Shown piece after piece: positions 9,108 to 18,161 of a DNA stretch of 64,000 bases; the stretch's first letter is position 1; each line of letters begins with the position of its first letter. The notes under the pieces are model-generated. The model saw only the letters and a list, made by a program, of their open reading frames with translations, had not been told where the DNA came from and did not search any database. The translations under genes were made by a program, and so were the position numbers. Source of the stretch: a virus; IMG/VR virus record IMGVR_UViG_3300029922_000003. One strand, written 5' to 3'.

Positions 9108-9506
9108 CTACGAGAAATCATCCTCTTCAGTATCCTCTTTTTTGATAACAACGTCGAGACTTTCATGAATCAGAGCAGGGGAAGCCTCTTCGATCTTTTT
9201 GGGGACTTTTCTTTCAGTCTCCTCTGGGATCGAATCTTCATCTGCATCTGCTCCAAAACGCTCCTCTGACCAGGCCCTAGTTTCGTCAATCTTGTCACAA
9301 AAGAACTCAGTTCCTTCGTCGTCGACAACGATAATCTTTTTTGGCCTATAGGTCGCGTTGGCACCATTGATACTTGTTAGGTTGTATTCTAATACTCCCT
9401 CCCCAAGGAGATACTCCACCCGCTCGGGATGGATAACTTCTCCAGTTACGCAGCAAAGGAATTGCTTACTATTGCTGTAAGCTGTTAGGGGCTTATTGTT
9501 TTTCAT
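9108..9506 (-). CDS. Hypothetical protein with an acidic C-terminus
   Basis: 132 aa; first gene of the leftward operon. Confidence 0.65.
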   Translation of the reverse strand: MKNNKPLTAYSNSKQFLCCVTGEVIHPERVEYLLGEGVLEYNLTSINGANATYRPKKIIVVDDEGTEFFCDKIDETRAWSEERFGADADEDSIPEETERKVPKKIEEASPALIHESLDVVIKKEDTEEDDFS

Positions 9507-9701
9507 CTTTAATTATTTGTAACATTACCAATTGTTGGTGCTCCTTTATACAAGGAAGCGACCTTTATATCGTTGTGGATTCTCATATAGCTCTTCAAAG
9601 GTTGGTGCTCGTAATACCTTATCCATTCTTTTGGAGCAGGATGCAAGAACTATTTTTTCACCAAATCTTTCGATGTGCGCAAACAAGAATTGTAATGCTT
9701 G

Positions 9702-9729
9702 ACTATACATATATTTATAAAGTGTTCAA
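9702..9729 (-). promoter_or_regulatory. Candidate sigma70-type promoter of the leftward operon
   Basis: TTGAAC-16 nt-TATAGT in the AT-rich divergent intergenic region. Confidence 0.35.
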
Positions 9730-9805
9730 TAATTTCTTTACTGAACACCCCTTTTAGCTTATTTATTTTAACTGCCACCACTATTACAAGTGGTTTCTAT
9801 TATTT

Positions 9806-12800
9806 ATGGACAAACAAATCATCCCAGTAAGCGATAAGGAACTGGAGCGCCTGTATGGCCAACTATCAAACAAGATCGACTTGGTCGACCTAGTACCCGC
9901 AAGTATAAGTTTCCAAGGGAAACCTTTAAATATTTTACACCGTCGTCCGATGTTTGCTGGGATTTTTAGCAAAACCAGAAAGGTTAGAAAGCATGTTTAC
10001 ATGTGCGCTCGTCAATTAGGAAAATCTACGAGCATCAGTGCATCTATATTAATGAACTGCTGGTGGAGGTCATATTTTAGAGTAATGTATGTTGCCCCAC
10101 TAAGCATTTATACTCAGCGTCTACACTCAATGTTTATGGCTCCAATGACCCAGGGCAAGCTATTGCCATGGCCGGTTGTGAATAACACCTGTACAGCTAA
10201 TGTCAACGAAAAGAGTTATGTAAGTGGGAGCAGATTTGTGGGCATTTCTTGCTTCAATAACGTATCTAATTCATTGGGGGTGACGACCGATGAAGTTTAC
10301 CTGGATGAATGCAATTTGGGCTCTACAGCCCTATTTGACGGGATCAATCTTGACACTCTAGTTGACAAAAAACCAGGGGATCGTATTGTTGGATTTAACG
10401 AATCAACGTTAAAATTAGAATATGACACAATTAAATCAATTAAGCACAAAGGCAAACGACACGTCTGGCGAATCATTTTATCCAACGGGGACCACCTCGA
10501 CTGCACAGGGAACGAGCGAATCATGTCCGACAGGGGATGGATATACCTTGCAGAAATACTACCGTGGCATGAAGCTAACAGATGCCCAAGAGCAAGCAAA
10601 GCTAAGGCCATTAAATCACAGTCAAGAGCAAATGGTCTTTGGGACACTATTGGGAGATTCCTGTCTGACAAAAGTGGGTGGTACCACTCCAAGATCCCAC
10701 CCCAAGTATTACGTAACACACGGCCAGTGTCAGGAACGATACTGCAACCGCAAAGCGGAAGTGTTGGGGGACCTAGTGAGGACAAAGCCCAAGATTGTAG
10801 AGAACAGGGGCTGGGGGGAGAAAAGCTGCGTTTTTGGATCCCTAAGTGCTCCATGCCTAGACTCTATACACCAGATCTGCTACACGGGTACTTCAGACAA
10901 GGGCTTGCCAAAGAAGAAGGTAACTCAAGAATGGGTCAAACACTTGACCTGGGAAGCGATTGCGTGGTGGATGATGGACGATGGGAGCCTATCCAATACA
11001 GGGAGAAGTTTTGTGTTCAATACCCAATCATTCTCAAAAGAGGAATCCAGTCTATTGGTGAGCTGGTTAAAAGAAAATGGAGTGAGCTGCAAAGCCATAA
11101 AAATAAAGAAGAAAAGCAGGAACAAGACGTATTACATAATCACAGTGGATGTGGTTGGGACCAAGGTGCTCTTAGAAAACACCAGGATATACTCATTCCC
11201 AGAGATGGAGTACAAGTGGGCCTATCAGGAAGTAAACCTGGAGAAGCCATGCAGGCTCTGTGGGCAACCATTCGTGGGGAATGGGATCCAACCGTATTGT
11301 GGCGAGAAGTGCAGTGCTATCGCCAAGAAGGGAGTAAAGACAAGATGGGTGGAAAGGAATCGAGACGCCATGAACACAAAACGCAAAGAGAGATACTGGG
11401 AGAACTTAGAGGCTTCAAGAAAAAGGGGAAGGGAAACCGGAATGAGGCTGAGACAGGATCCAGTGCGCCATGCAAAACAGATACAAAAAAGGAGAGAAAA
11501 CAAACTCAAGAAAAAGGAAGCACTGAGGACTTCTCAGACATCGTCGGGATTGCCTACCTTGGGGTAGATGATGTATATGATATAGAGACAGAGAAGAACC
11601 ACACATTCTTTGCTAACGGGATAGGCGTACACAACTGTCAGGATCTTAATGCAGACTTCATTCCTCAGATTAGAGAAACATTAGGAACATCTGATTATCG
11701 ATACGAAAGCTATTTCGGAACCGCTCGTGGCGTTGACAACACACTTACCAAGCTTTTTGAAAACTCGACTCAAAACGAGTGGATAATGAAATGTGGGTGT
11801 GGGCACGAAAATGTACCTACCGAAGCTGGAAGAGTTTTGGAAATGATTCAGATCAAAGGGATTTGCTGCATAAAATGTGGCAAGGTAATAGATGTGACCA
11901 GAGGAAAGTGGATTAGGTCGTACGAATACGACCCAATCCACCGTGACTCAGAGGGGTATCATGTCCCCCAAATTATTGTTCCAGACCGTATATTTCCACA
12001 CGATAGATACATCGAAACTATTTATAATAAACTTCATGGGTCTAGCGCATATTCACAATCTAGATTTCTCCAAGAGTGCTTAGGAATACCCACCTCACAG
12101 GGCGGTGTTCCAATCACTCAGAAGGACATTAAAGAGGCTAGTATCTTAGACATAGACCAACACGAACCACCAAACGCTCAGATCTACCACAGGGTAGCTG
12201 GGGGCGTTGACTGGGGCGGTGCTGAGGTGGTCAGCTTTACTGTTGGTGTAGCCGTCGGGTACAGAGACGGCTGCTTCGACGTTCTAGGGGCTATTAGGCC
12301 CACAGGATTGCCGGATGAGCAGCGTCACTATGTTATCGGAGATTACCTCAAAAGCGTAACCGGAAGTAGAATTGAAATTGTAGGAGCTGATGCTGGATTC
12401 GTTGGATCCGTACAGAACCCCAACCTTGGAGCCTACATGGGGGTGCCCACAGGTTCTATTGCCTATGGGACCACCAAGAAGTTCTTCATGCCCAATACCA
12501 ACAATTGCTTTACCGTAGATAGAACAACACTGATTTACATCGTGTTCACTCTTATCAAGGCTCAGCGGATTCGGTTTCCTAAGGGAGGCTGGTTCGAGCA
12601 GTATTCCAGAGATTTGCTCGCTACCTTCACTGAGGACGCAACAAACTCTCATGGAGCCACTATTCGACGCTACAGCCGCTATCAGGACAAGCCAGACGAC
12701 TTTCTGCACGCCCTTGGATATGCCATCTTCATGGCAGCCCTAGGTATTACAGATTTGCCGTCAATGGCTGGTATGGCTACGAACCTATCTATCAATGCTT

Positions 12801-12850
12801 CCTACATCAACGACATCGGAATGGAAGTCGGTAGATTCGGGAATTATTGA
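9806..12850 (+). CDS. terL: Terminase large subunit, intein-containing precursor (1014 aa; 572 aa after splicing)
   Basis: Walker A ARQLGKST; Walker B DEVYLDE|CQD restored by removing the intein; zinc insertion CGC...CxxC; nuclease motifs GGVDWG and DDFLHALGY. Confidence 0.92.
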   Translation: MDKQIIPVSDKELERLYGQLSNKIDLVDLVPASISFQGKPLNILHRRPMFAGIFSKTRKVRKHVYMCARQLGKSTSISASILMNCWWRSYFRVMYVAPLSIYTQRLHSMFMAPMTQGKLLPWPVVNNTCTANVNEKSYVSGSRFVGISCFNNVSNSLGVTTDEVYLDECNLGSTALFDGINLDTLVDKKPGDRIVGFNESTLKLEYDTIKSIKHKGKRHVWRIILSNGDHLDCTGNERIMSDRGWIYLAEILPWHEANRCPRASKAKAIKSQSRANGLWDTIGRFLSDKSGWYHSKIPPQVLRNTRPVSGTILQPQSGSVGGPSEDKAQDCREQGLGGEKLRFWIPKCSMPRLYTPDLLHGYFRQGLAKEEGNSRMGQTLDLGSDCVVDDGRWEPIQYREKFCVQYPIILKRGIQSIGELVKRKWSELQSHKNKEEKQEQDVLHNHSGCGWDQGALRKHQDILIPRDGVQVGLSGSKPGEAMQALWATIRGEWDPTVLWREVQCYRQEGSKDKMGGKESRRHEHKTQREILGELRGFKKKGKGNRNEAETGSSAPCKTDTKKERKQTQEKGSTEDFSDIVGIAYLGVDDVYDIETEKNHTFFANGIGVHNCQDLNADFIPQIRETLGTSDYRYESYFGTARGVDNTLTKLFENSTQNEWIMKCGCGHENVPTEAGRVLEMIQIKGICCIKCGKVIDVTRGKWIRSYEYDPIHRDSEGYHVPQIIVPDRIFPHDRYIETIYNKLHGSSAYSQSRFLQECLGIPTSQGGVPITQKDIKEASILDIDQHEPPNAQIYHRVAGGVDWGGAEVVSFTVGVAVGYRDGCFDVLGAIRPTGLPDEQRHYVIGDYLKSVTGSRIEIVGADAGFVGSVQNPNLGAYMGVPTGSIAYGTTKKFFMPNTNNCFTVDRTTLIYIVFTLIKAQRIRFPKGGWFEQYSRDLLATFTEDATNSHGATIRRYSRYQDKPDDFLHALGYAIFMAALGITDLPSMAGMATNLSINASYINDIGMEVGRFGNY
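10310..11635 (+). mobile_element. Intein (442 aa) inserted directly after the Walker B DE
   Basis: Starts with Cys; block B region RIILSNGDHLDCTGNERI; blocks F/G VYDIETEKNHTFFANGIGVHN followed by a +1 Cys. Confidence 0.93.
10569..11567 (+). CDS. LAGLIDADG homing endonuclease encoded in the +1 frame inside the intein
   Basis: QMVFGTLLGDSCL, AIAWWMMDDGS, FNTQSFSKEE, C-terminal CxxC...CxxxC and a basic tail. The frame is open from 10422; the start at MKLTDAQ is inferred. Confidence 0.88.
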   Translation: MKLTDAQEQAKLRPLNHSQEQMVFGTLLGDSCLTKVGGTTPRSHPKYYVTHGQCQERYCNRKAEVLGDLVRTKPKIVENRGWGEKSCVFGSLSAPCLDSIHQICYTGTSDKGLPKKKVTQEWVKHLTWEAIAWWMMDDGSLSNTGRSFVFNTQSFSKEESSLLVSWLKENGVSCKAIKIKKKSRNKTYYIITVDVVGTKVLLENTRIYSFPEMEYKWAYQEVNLEKPCRLCGQPFVGNGIQPYCGEKCSAIAKKGVKTRWVERNRDAMNTKRKERYWENLEASRKRGRETGMRLRQDPVRHAKQIQKRRENKLKKKEALRTSQTSSGLPTLG

Positions 12851-12857
12851 TGGACCC

Positions 12858-14069
12858 CTATTGTTGTGTTTCTTCGTACATTTCTTTTAATACTTGATTC
12901 TTAGAAAGACCGATCAGGTGCAACATCTCTGAAGCTATTGACTCATCCCAAAATGGGGCAGTCAATATATCAAAGAACGCTGTATCTGATGGGATATCCT
13001 GTTGCCAATCTTGAAGCCAGGAAAAATCTAAGATATGTCCAGACCTGTCTGCAGCTACAATAGCTTTCTCAAATGAGGTTCTGATTCTATTTATCGCATC
13101 CTCCACAGTAGTTGCTTTGGATTTTATAAAATGAGCTCCTGGGCTATAGACCTCTCTCTTGTATACTCCAGCATGGAACTCTCCAGTATCCATACTCTCT
13201 GTCACAATATAGGTGATGTTCTCGTCTCCACCCTGAAGAACCGCAGCTAGTCGAATTAGGTCATCTGACTCGAGATTCATAGCTGGCCAATAGAGTGGTT
13301 GCCAAGTCATCGCGTGCTTAGAGATACTCATTGATGGATATTCATTCTGTAGAATACTTCCCTCTTTGGTGTACTTTGCATGCAAAGATGTGTCCGGTCT
13401 ACCATAAGAGCTAGAATAAATATCTACAACTGTCATAAATTCATCAGACTTCCTGTTGTCTACCTCTATAGCAGCTTTCTTGCGGAACAGATCTGGATTG
13501 GGAGTTTTGTCATCACCAAGCAGATACGATTCCCTATTGCTTACCATTGAGTTTTGATCAACAACCCTGGATGTAGCAAACCGGAGTAGTTTGTGGGTAA
13601 GGCTACTGCGCATTGCGCACGCAGTCATAGCTGCAATTTTTTCCATGTGGTTGAACATACCAAGTCTAAAACTCTTTTTGGTAGTAGACTCCATGAAGTC
13701 TTCGATGTCACTTTCTTCCCCAAATTCGTCAAACTTGGGGATAAAGCACCTCGCTGCTCCAACATCTCTACCATCTATCTCATCATCTCCCCCAGGGAAA
13801 TTCTTGTTCTTCGCTATATCCTGTGCAATCTTCTTTAGTCCATTGGGTGATCCATACGAAAGATTGATAAATCCTTCCTGAGCAATCAGTGACTTAAGAA
13901 TGACATTCCCCCTTAGGATGCTAGATGATGGTCCGATCCATTTGCAATTCCCAAGGCACACCGAGTGCTGACTACTGACTGCTACTACCTTTGATTTGCA
14001 CTTTGGGCAAAAAGGGTACTTCATCTCATCGACAATGTCTGCCAATGGATACTCTTCGTCTCCTAACAT
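12858..14069 (-). CDS. Hypothetical protein with an N-terminal zinc ribbon
   Basis: 403 aa; CPKC...CLGNC. Confidence 0.75.
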   Translation of the reverse strand: MLGDEEYPLADIVDEMKYPFCPKCKSKVVAVSSQHSVCLGNCKWIGPSSSILRGNVILKSLIAQEGFINLSYGSPNGLKKIAQDIAKNKNFPGGDDEIDGRDVGAARCFIPKFDEFGEESDIEDFMESTTKKSFRLGMFNHMEKIAAMTACAMRSSLTHKLLRFATSRVVDQNSMVSNRESYLLGDDKTPNPDLFRKKAAIEVDNRKSDEFMTVVDIYSSSYGRPDTSLHAKYTKEGSILQNEYPSMSISKHAMTWQPLYWPAMNLESDDLIRLAAVLQGGDENITYIVTESMDTGEFHAGVYKREVYSPGAHFIKSKATTVEDAINRIRTSFEKAIVAADRSGHILDFSWLQDWQQDIPSDTAFFDILTAPFWDESIASEMLHLIGLSKNQVLKEMYEETQQ

Positions 14070-14116
14070 AATATTTTGTTTGTTTGGTGTATTTATTCGT
14101 GAATTATTTGACTTAC

Positions 14117-14905
14117 TTAATCAACTACTATTCTATCTGGTGGTAGTGGTAAGACAGCTTGGTTCCACCAAGCCCTATACTCTTCTGGAATTACGCTACC
14201 CTCACCCAGAGTCGTACCTATACTTAGTATGGGGTAATAGTCTGGACTGTATATACTAACTTCGATTATTGATAAGTCAGTATCTCTAGTTATCTGGACT
14301 AGATACCAAATTCTTTTTCTCCCTGGATAAATGAGCAATTCTGGGAAAGAGGCAAGTATCTCTGATTCATACATTAAAGCCCACTCACCTCCGCATGAGT
14401 ATAGAGTATTCTCATGAATCACTTTAAACATATACCGCTTAAATCCCTGATAGAACCATCTTTGAAGATCTTTGATTGACATAACATACTTATTCTCAAG
14501 TTTTATTAGTCCGTCTGTAGCGGGTCTCTCTAGGTCTGGGCTTATGGGCATCTTTAGTCGGGGTAAATCCAGGTCAAAAATTGGCCCATTCATTACATCT
14601 TTATAGCTGTTGGGTTTCGCCCACGTGGAGTGATAGAATATAGTATTACACTCAGTGATATATTTCTTGATCTCTGCCCGTGTGAAGGGGGCATCTAGGT
14701 GCTTAGGAACCAACCCTAACCTAGCAACTGCTATGGCCCCTGGAGATATGAATGTATTTAAGAGGTCGTTATGCCTCTGAATTCTAGCCCTTAGATTATA
14801 ATTATCTCGCCTCCTCCTTACATCATCGGGTACAGGATTTTTTTTCTGAACTATCTTGCACGGTGGCGGTGGCATTGGGATAAGTGACTTAGGTATGTGA
14901 GTCAT
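14117..14905 (-). CDS. Hypothetical protein
   Basis: 262-aa ORF with a Pro-rich N-terminus. Confidence 0.7.
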   Translation of the reverse strand: MTHIPKSLIPMPPPPCKIVQKKNPVPDDVRRRRDNYNLRARIQRHNDLLNTFISPGAIAVARLGLVPKHLDAPFTRAEIKKYITECNTIFYHSTWAKPNSYKDVMNGPIFDLDLPRLKMPISPDLERPATDGLIKLENKYVMSIKDLQRWFYQGFKRYMFKVIHENTLYSCGGEWALMYESEILASFPELLIYPGRKRIWYLVQITRDTDLSIIEVSIYSPDYYPILSIGTTLGEGSVIPEEYRAWWNQAVLPLPPDRIVVD

Positions 14906-14971
14906 AATTGTTATATTTTAGGAAGAAACTTGCAATAGTTGGTGAGTTTGGATAAATTTATGGTAATCATC

Positions 14972-15985
14972 ATGAAAGACTTCTACACTGACTTTGGCCA
15001 CAATTTTATTAAGATTTTCCAGAATAGGGAAGTTCCTTCTTTCGCTAAGGAAGCTGAGACGCTCGATTCTGAATACCTTCAGTCTCTTCCAGACTCCGCC
15101 TTTGCAGACTCTGATTCCCGATCACTTCCACTTACCGATGCCGGCAACGTTTATGTTAGCGCTGCCTACTACTATGGGGCAAACGAAAAGAGTGCTAGTG
15201 TAGAAGAGAGGATCGTCAAAGCAGCTCAGCTTTTCAATATCTCAAAAGAGGTAGAGGAGCTGGCTGCTGATCTCTCTGAAGAGAACTCAAAGACCGCTGC
15301 GGTTGTCTATCAGGATTGGGCAATTACCGTTACTGGAGTAGACAACATCACTCGTGTATTTGATGGATGTAGCGGGGAGTCTCTGAAGAAGTTTGCTAAG
15401 TACTTTGTGAATGACCTATTTGGAACATTTGATTTTAGTCAGAAAGTTTCCTGTGCAAAGCAGATCGCCGACAAGATGGCTTCTTACGACATTGAGATCC
15501 CAGAGCGCATCCTACAGGTCGCAGGACTGAATATCCCTAACACAGAGAAGGTCGCTCAGGAGATCAAAGCTCGTGCCGTTAGAATTCACGACAACAGCGA
15601 AAAGGTTGCTCTCTGCAAGATCGCAGACGACCTAATTGAATCTGACGACAAGGATATCAATGGTATGTTCAAGGTGGCACAGCTTCTGGAGATCTTTGAC
15701 AAGAAGCACTCTCTGGCTCGCCACTACGGGAAGTCCATCCAGGACCCATTTGCTAGCGTCTTTAATACTCCTCGTGCAGAAGCAGAAAAGCTTGCATCAG
15801 TAGTAGATCTTGGTGGAGACTCTTATTCTTATGAAGAGCTTTCCGAAATTCCACAGGGCGTGCTCAAGCTTGCCCTTTCTGAAGAGTCCGCCAAACTTGT
15901 TGGGGTTGGGACAGATGAATACAATCCATCAAAGCTGGCTAGCCTAAGCGAAGATGAGCGTACTCGTCTTTCGTCCTACCTGTAA
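14972..15985 (+). CDS. Hypothetical protein, possibly head-associated (K-x-A rich)
   Basis: Start reassigned to MKDFYTDF; LPDSAFAD motif; many KxA motifs. Confidence 0.75.
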   Translation: MKDFYTDFGHNFIKIFQNREVPSFAKEAETLDSEYLQSLPDSAFADSDSRSLPLTDAGNVYVSAAYYYGANEKSASVEERIVKAAQLFNISKEVEELAADLSEENSKTAAVVYQDWAITVTGVDNITRVFDGCSGESLKKFAKYFVNDLFGTFDFSQKVSCAKQIADKMASYDIEIPERILQVAGLNIPNTEKVAQEIKARAVRIHDNSEKVALCKIADDLIESDDKDINGMFKVAQLLEIFDKKHSLARHYGKSIQDPFASVFNTPRAEAEKLASVVDLGGDSYSYEELSEIPQGVLKLALSEESAKLVGVGTDEYNPSKLASLSEDERTRLSSYL

Positions 15986-16686
15986 TGTTACTCCACAAGT
16001 CTAAAGACCAAGAGGTCTGCGGGGCTATTATGGCTCGCGCTGGCACGATGGCTACCGTATCCCATGCTATCGCCCTACACTTCTTCGGAACAGATATCTA
16101 CACCTGGGAACCCGAGACTCTCGCAATGGAGTTCAAGGACAAGCTTGATGTCGATATTGATGAAGAGAACTTGGATCGCCTTCATGCTATCATTGCCGCG
16201 ATTACTAGCGATAGCTTCCACAACGATTGGGTAGCTTTCAACGCTATTTGTTCTACCCTCAATGGAGAGAACGACCCCAACGACATCGCAGAGATGACGG
16301 TAGCGGAATTTGTCTGGGGGATCATAGAGGTCAGCCTTAATGAGGAAAAAGGAGATGAACACTTTTCTCCTGACATTGCAGCACTCGTTGGTACTATCCT
16401 GGATCAGGAGGGATTTGAGTCAGCGCCTATCCAATTGCACTTTGCCAAACTTCCAGAGAAATATGTGGATGGAGAATCTGAGCACGCAAAGCAGGATGCT
16501 CAGACAAGCTACCAGATGGGTCTATTGCAGGAGTATATTCGGGACCAAGCCCTAACGCTCTTTAAGCAAATCAATGCTTTACCTTGGCTGTCCAAAGGGG
16601 ACATCCACGATATAACAGAAGCCCTATCAGACGAGATAAAATCGGTTTCGAGTAAATACAAGGGCGACCCTGTGTACGGTTCCTAA
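15985..16686 (+). CDS. Hypothetical acidic helical protein
   Basis: 233 aa; TAATG coupling to the previous gene. Confidence 0.75.
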   Translation: MLLHKSKDQEVCGAIMARAGTMATVSHAIALHFFGTDIYTWEPETLAMEFKDKLDVDIDEENLDRLHAIIAAITSDSFHNDWVAFNAICSTLNGENDPNDIAEMTVAEFVWGIIEVSLNEEKGDEHFSPDIAALVGTILDQEGFESAPIQLHFAKLPEKYVDGESEHAKQDAQTSYQMGLLQEYIRDQALTLFKQINALPWLSKGDIHDITEALSDEIKSVSSKYKGDPVYGS

Positions 16687-16882
16687 TCTCCAGCATCTAA
16701 CAAAAAGCACACAGTTCTGGTGTACAGGAATCCATCCCCAACGCAGCAGGTCGCTTTTGATTGAATCAAAATCCGCTTGTATGGATTCTGATTCGGGCGA
16801 CCCACTCGCGTGGGGTATGGTTGGTTTTGTGAGCTTTTTGTTTTTCCCCTAAGGGGTAGGTATTACTTTTTACAGAAAGTGG

Positions 16883-16918
16883 ATCCCACCCCCCGAGGCA
16901 AGGGGGAGTGGGATTTTG
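16883..16918 (+). terminator. GC-rich hairpin, possible terminator of the plus-strand genes
   Basis: ATCCCAC-CCCCC / GGGGG-A-GTGGGAT stem followed by a short T-run. Confidence 0.4.
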
Positions 16919-17110
16919 GTTGTATCTTGTTATACCCAACAAGACCCTGACCAGGGTTTCGCTTTGAATAAATCAAAGCAAAAAGGTTCTGCGATTTAGA
17001 GCACAACAAAACCGTTCACCAGTAAACAAAAACTTTTGTGTTTTAATTTACTACAGTTTTTTCACAGTGTATTTCTAAACCGCAGAGGTGTTTTCCCTCC
17101 CCAGGGAAAT

Positions 17111-17183
17111 TGGCTGGGACGAAGGAATTGAACCTCGGATTTCCCTGCTTACACAAGGTGTCTTATCATTAGACGATCCCAGA
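17111..17183 (-). tRNA. Atypical or degenerate tRNA-like gene; anticodon not assignable
   Basis: Acceptor CTGGGA/TCCCAG with encoded CCA, D-stem GTCT/AGAC, T-arm CGAGG-TTCAATT-CCT(T)CG; the anticodon stem CCTTG/CAGGG closes only 6 nt (TGTAAG). Confidence 0.55.
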
Positions 17184-17225
17184 AAATCATACTACGGCTC
17201 AGGTCGCTATCTACCTTCAAAGACG

Positions 17226-17462
17226 AGGGACTCGGCCTTATCAGTTGTAGACCCCTCAATGACCGTAGCTTTATCTCTTTCGAGATAAATTGGCCTGGTG
17301 TTGGGACTTGTACCCCTCTTGATCGGCAGCCCACCAGGGAAGTGCCAATGAGCTTTCTTTCTGCAGAAATTGTCCAGTCCCAGTCCATGGTATTGGACAA
17401 GGGACTGGAGGTTAACCTACAAGAGCTGGGAAAGCTCAAGTCGGTTTGGGTCTCGACTCCCT
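17226..17462 (-). ncRNA. Unassigned multi-branched structured RNA candidate (about 237 nt)
   Basis: Terminal helices AGGGACTCG/CGACTCCCT and AGACCC/GGGTCT; internal stems CCAGTCCC/GGGACTGG, TTGGC/GCCAA, CTGGTG/CACCAG, GAGCT/AGCTC, and TTTATCTC-GAAA-GAGATAAA (GNRA loop on the minus strand). Confidence 0.55.
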
Positions 17463-18103
17463 TAATTTTGTTTTAAAATTGGGTAAAGAACTTCTGGTGG
17501 AATAACTGCATTGCTTTTGGTTGGTATCCTAAATACTGACCACCCAGAGCTACGCAAAATACCATCTCTGTAAGAGTCCTCTGCTTTCATGCTTTCGTGC
17601 TCGTCTCCATCAAACTCTACAACTATTTTTCTGTTTATTAGAGCAAGGTCGTGGACAAAGTCAAGGGTAGGGATCCTGTACTCAAACTCATACGCTTCTT
17701 TTTGAAATTCAAGAAAATCTTTCAGGCGTACATATTTCCATGCCTCTCTCTTTTTTAGAGTTTCTTCAACCGAAATAAGGTTTGTTCCACACGTAGCCCT
17801 ACCACCCCTGGCGTTACCCTCTAATCTATTTTCAGTTATACTCCCCCTTGATGCACAGCTTGGGGTACAAAAAGTTTTTCTATTCTTACCAGAAACTGTA
17901 TCAAACTCCTTTTTGCAATGTGGACACACTGCATGTATTTCTACTACCCTATTTGGTCTTATTGAGTTCCTATAGCTTGCAGAACAAGAAAGGGAGCAGA
18001 AGAACTTGTCTGCCCCCTTTCTAATTTGCCTACTTATTTCTCCCTTGGGTTTGTAGGCTGGTTCATCACAGTAATGGCAAATTATTTTAATTGAGTTTTT
18101 CAT
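17462..18103 (-). CDS. Free-standing DUF559/Vsr-like endonuclease with two N-terminal zinc-finger repeats (putative homing endonuclease)
   Basis: CxxC...FCSxSC twice; catalytic DLA...KIVVEFDGDEH...D..RD..L...GWSVFRI. Confidence 0.82.
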   Translation of the reverse strand: MKNSIKIICHYCDEPAYKPKGEISRQIRKGADKFFCSLSCSASYRNSIRPNRVVEIHAVCPHCKKEFDTVSGKNRKTFCTPSCASRGSITENRLEGNARGGRATCGTNLISVEETLKKREAWKYVRLKDFLEFQKEAYEFEYRIPTLDFVHDLALINRKIVVEFDGDEHESMKAEDSYRDGILRSSGWSVFRIPTKSNAVIPPEVLYPILKQN

Positions 18104-18112
18104 GTCTCAATT

Positions 18113-18141
18113 ATTAAATCACATTATGGAGAAGCAGTCAA
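18113..18141 (-). promoter_or_regulatory. Sigma70-type promoter directly before the endonuclease
   Basis: TTGACT-17 nt-TTTAAT with a TGn extension; predicted +1 a few nt before the ATG at 18103. Confidence 0.5.
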
Positions 18142-18161
18142 CAGAACTTGATGGAGATAAA

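Noticed and set aside
9534-9610. Direct repeat GTTGGTGCTC twice (9534 and 9601) in the divergent intergenic region
   Set aside because: Only two 10-nt copies; it could be an operator but cannot be distinguished from chance.
10310-11635. Assembly error as the explanation for the out-of-frame endonuclease
   Set aside because: Two compensating errors would still leave about 325 codons of the alternative frame stop-free by chance, which is very unlikely. Read mapping remains the decisive check.
17195-17260. CTGATAAG...GAA resembling a hammerhead ribozyme core
   Set aside because: It does not match CUGANGA/GAAA, and the three-stem topology could not be built.
17226-17462. RNase P RNA or group I intron identity for the structured RNA
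   Set aside because: The P1/P2-like end pairing is suggestive, but GAGGAAAGUCC, the P4 complement and group I P7 motifs are absent on both strands.
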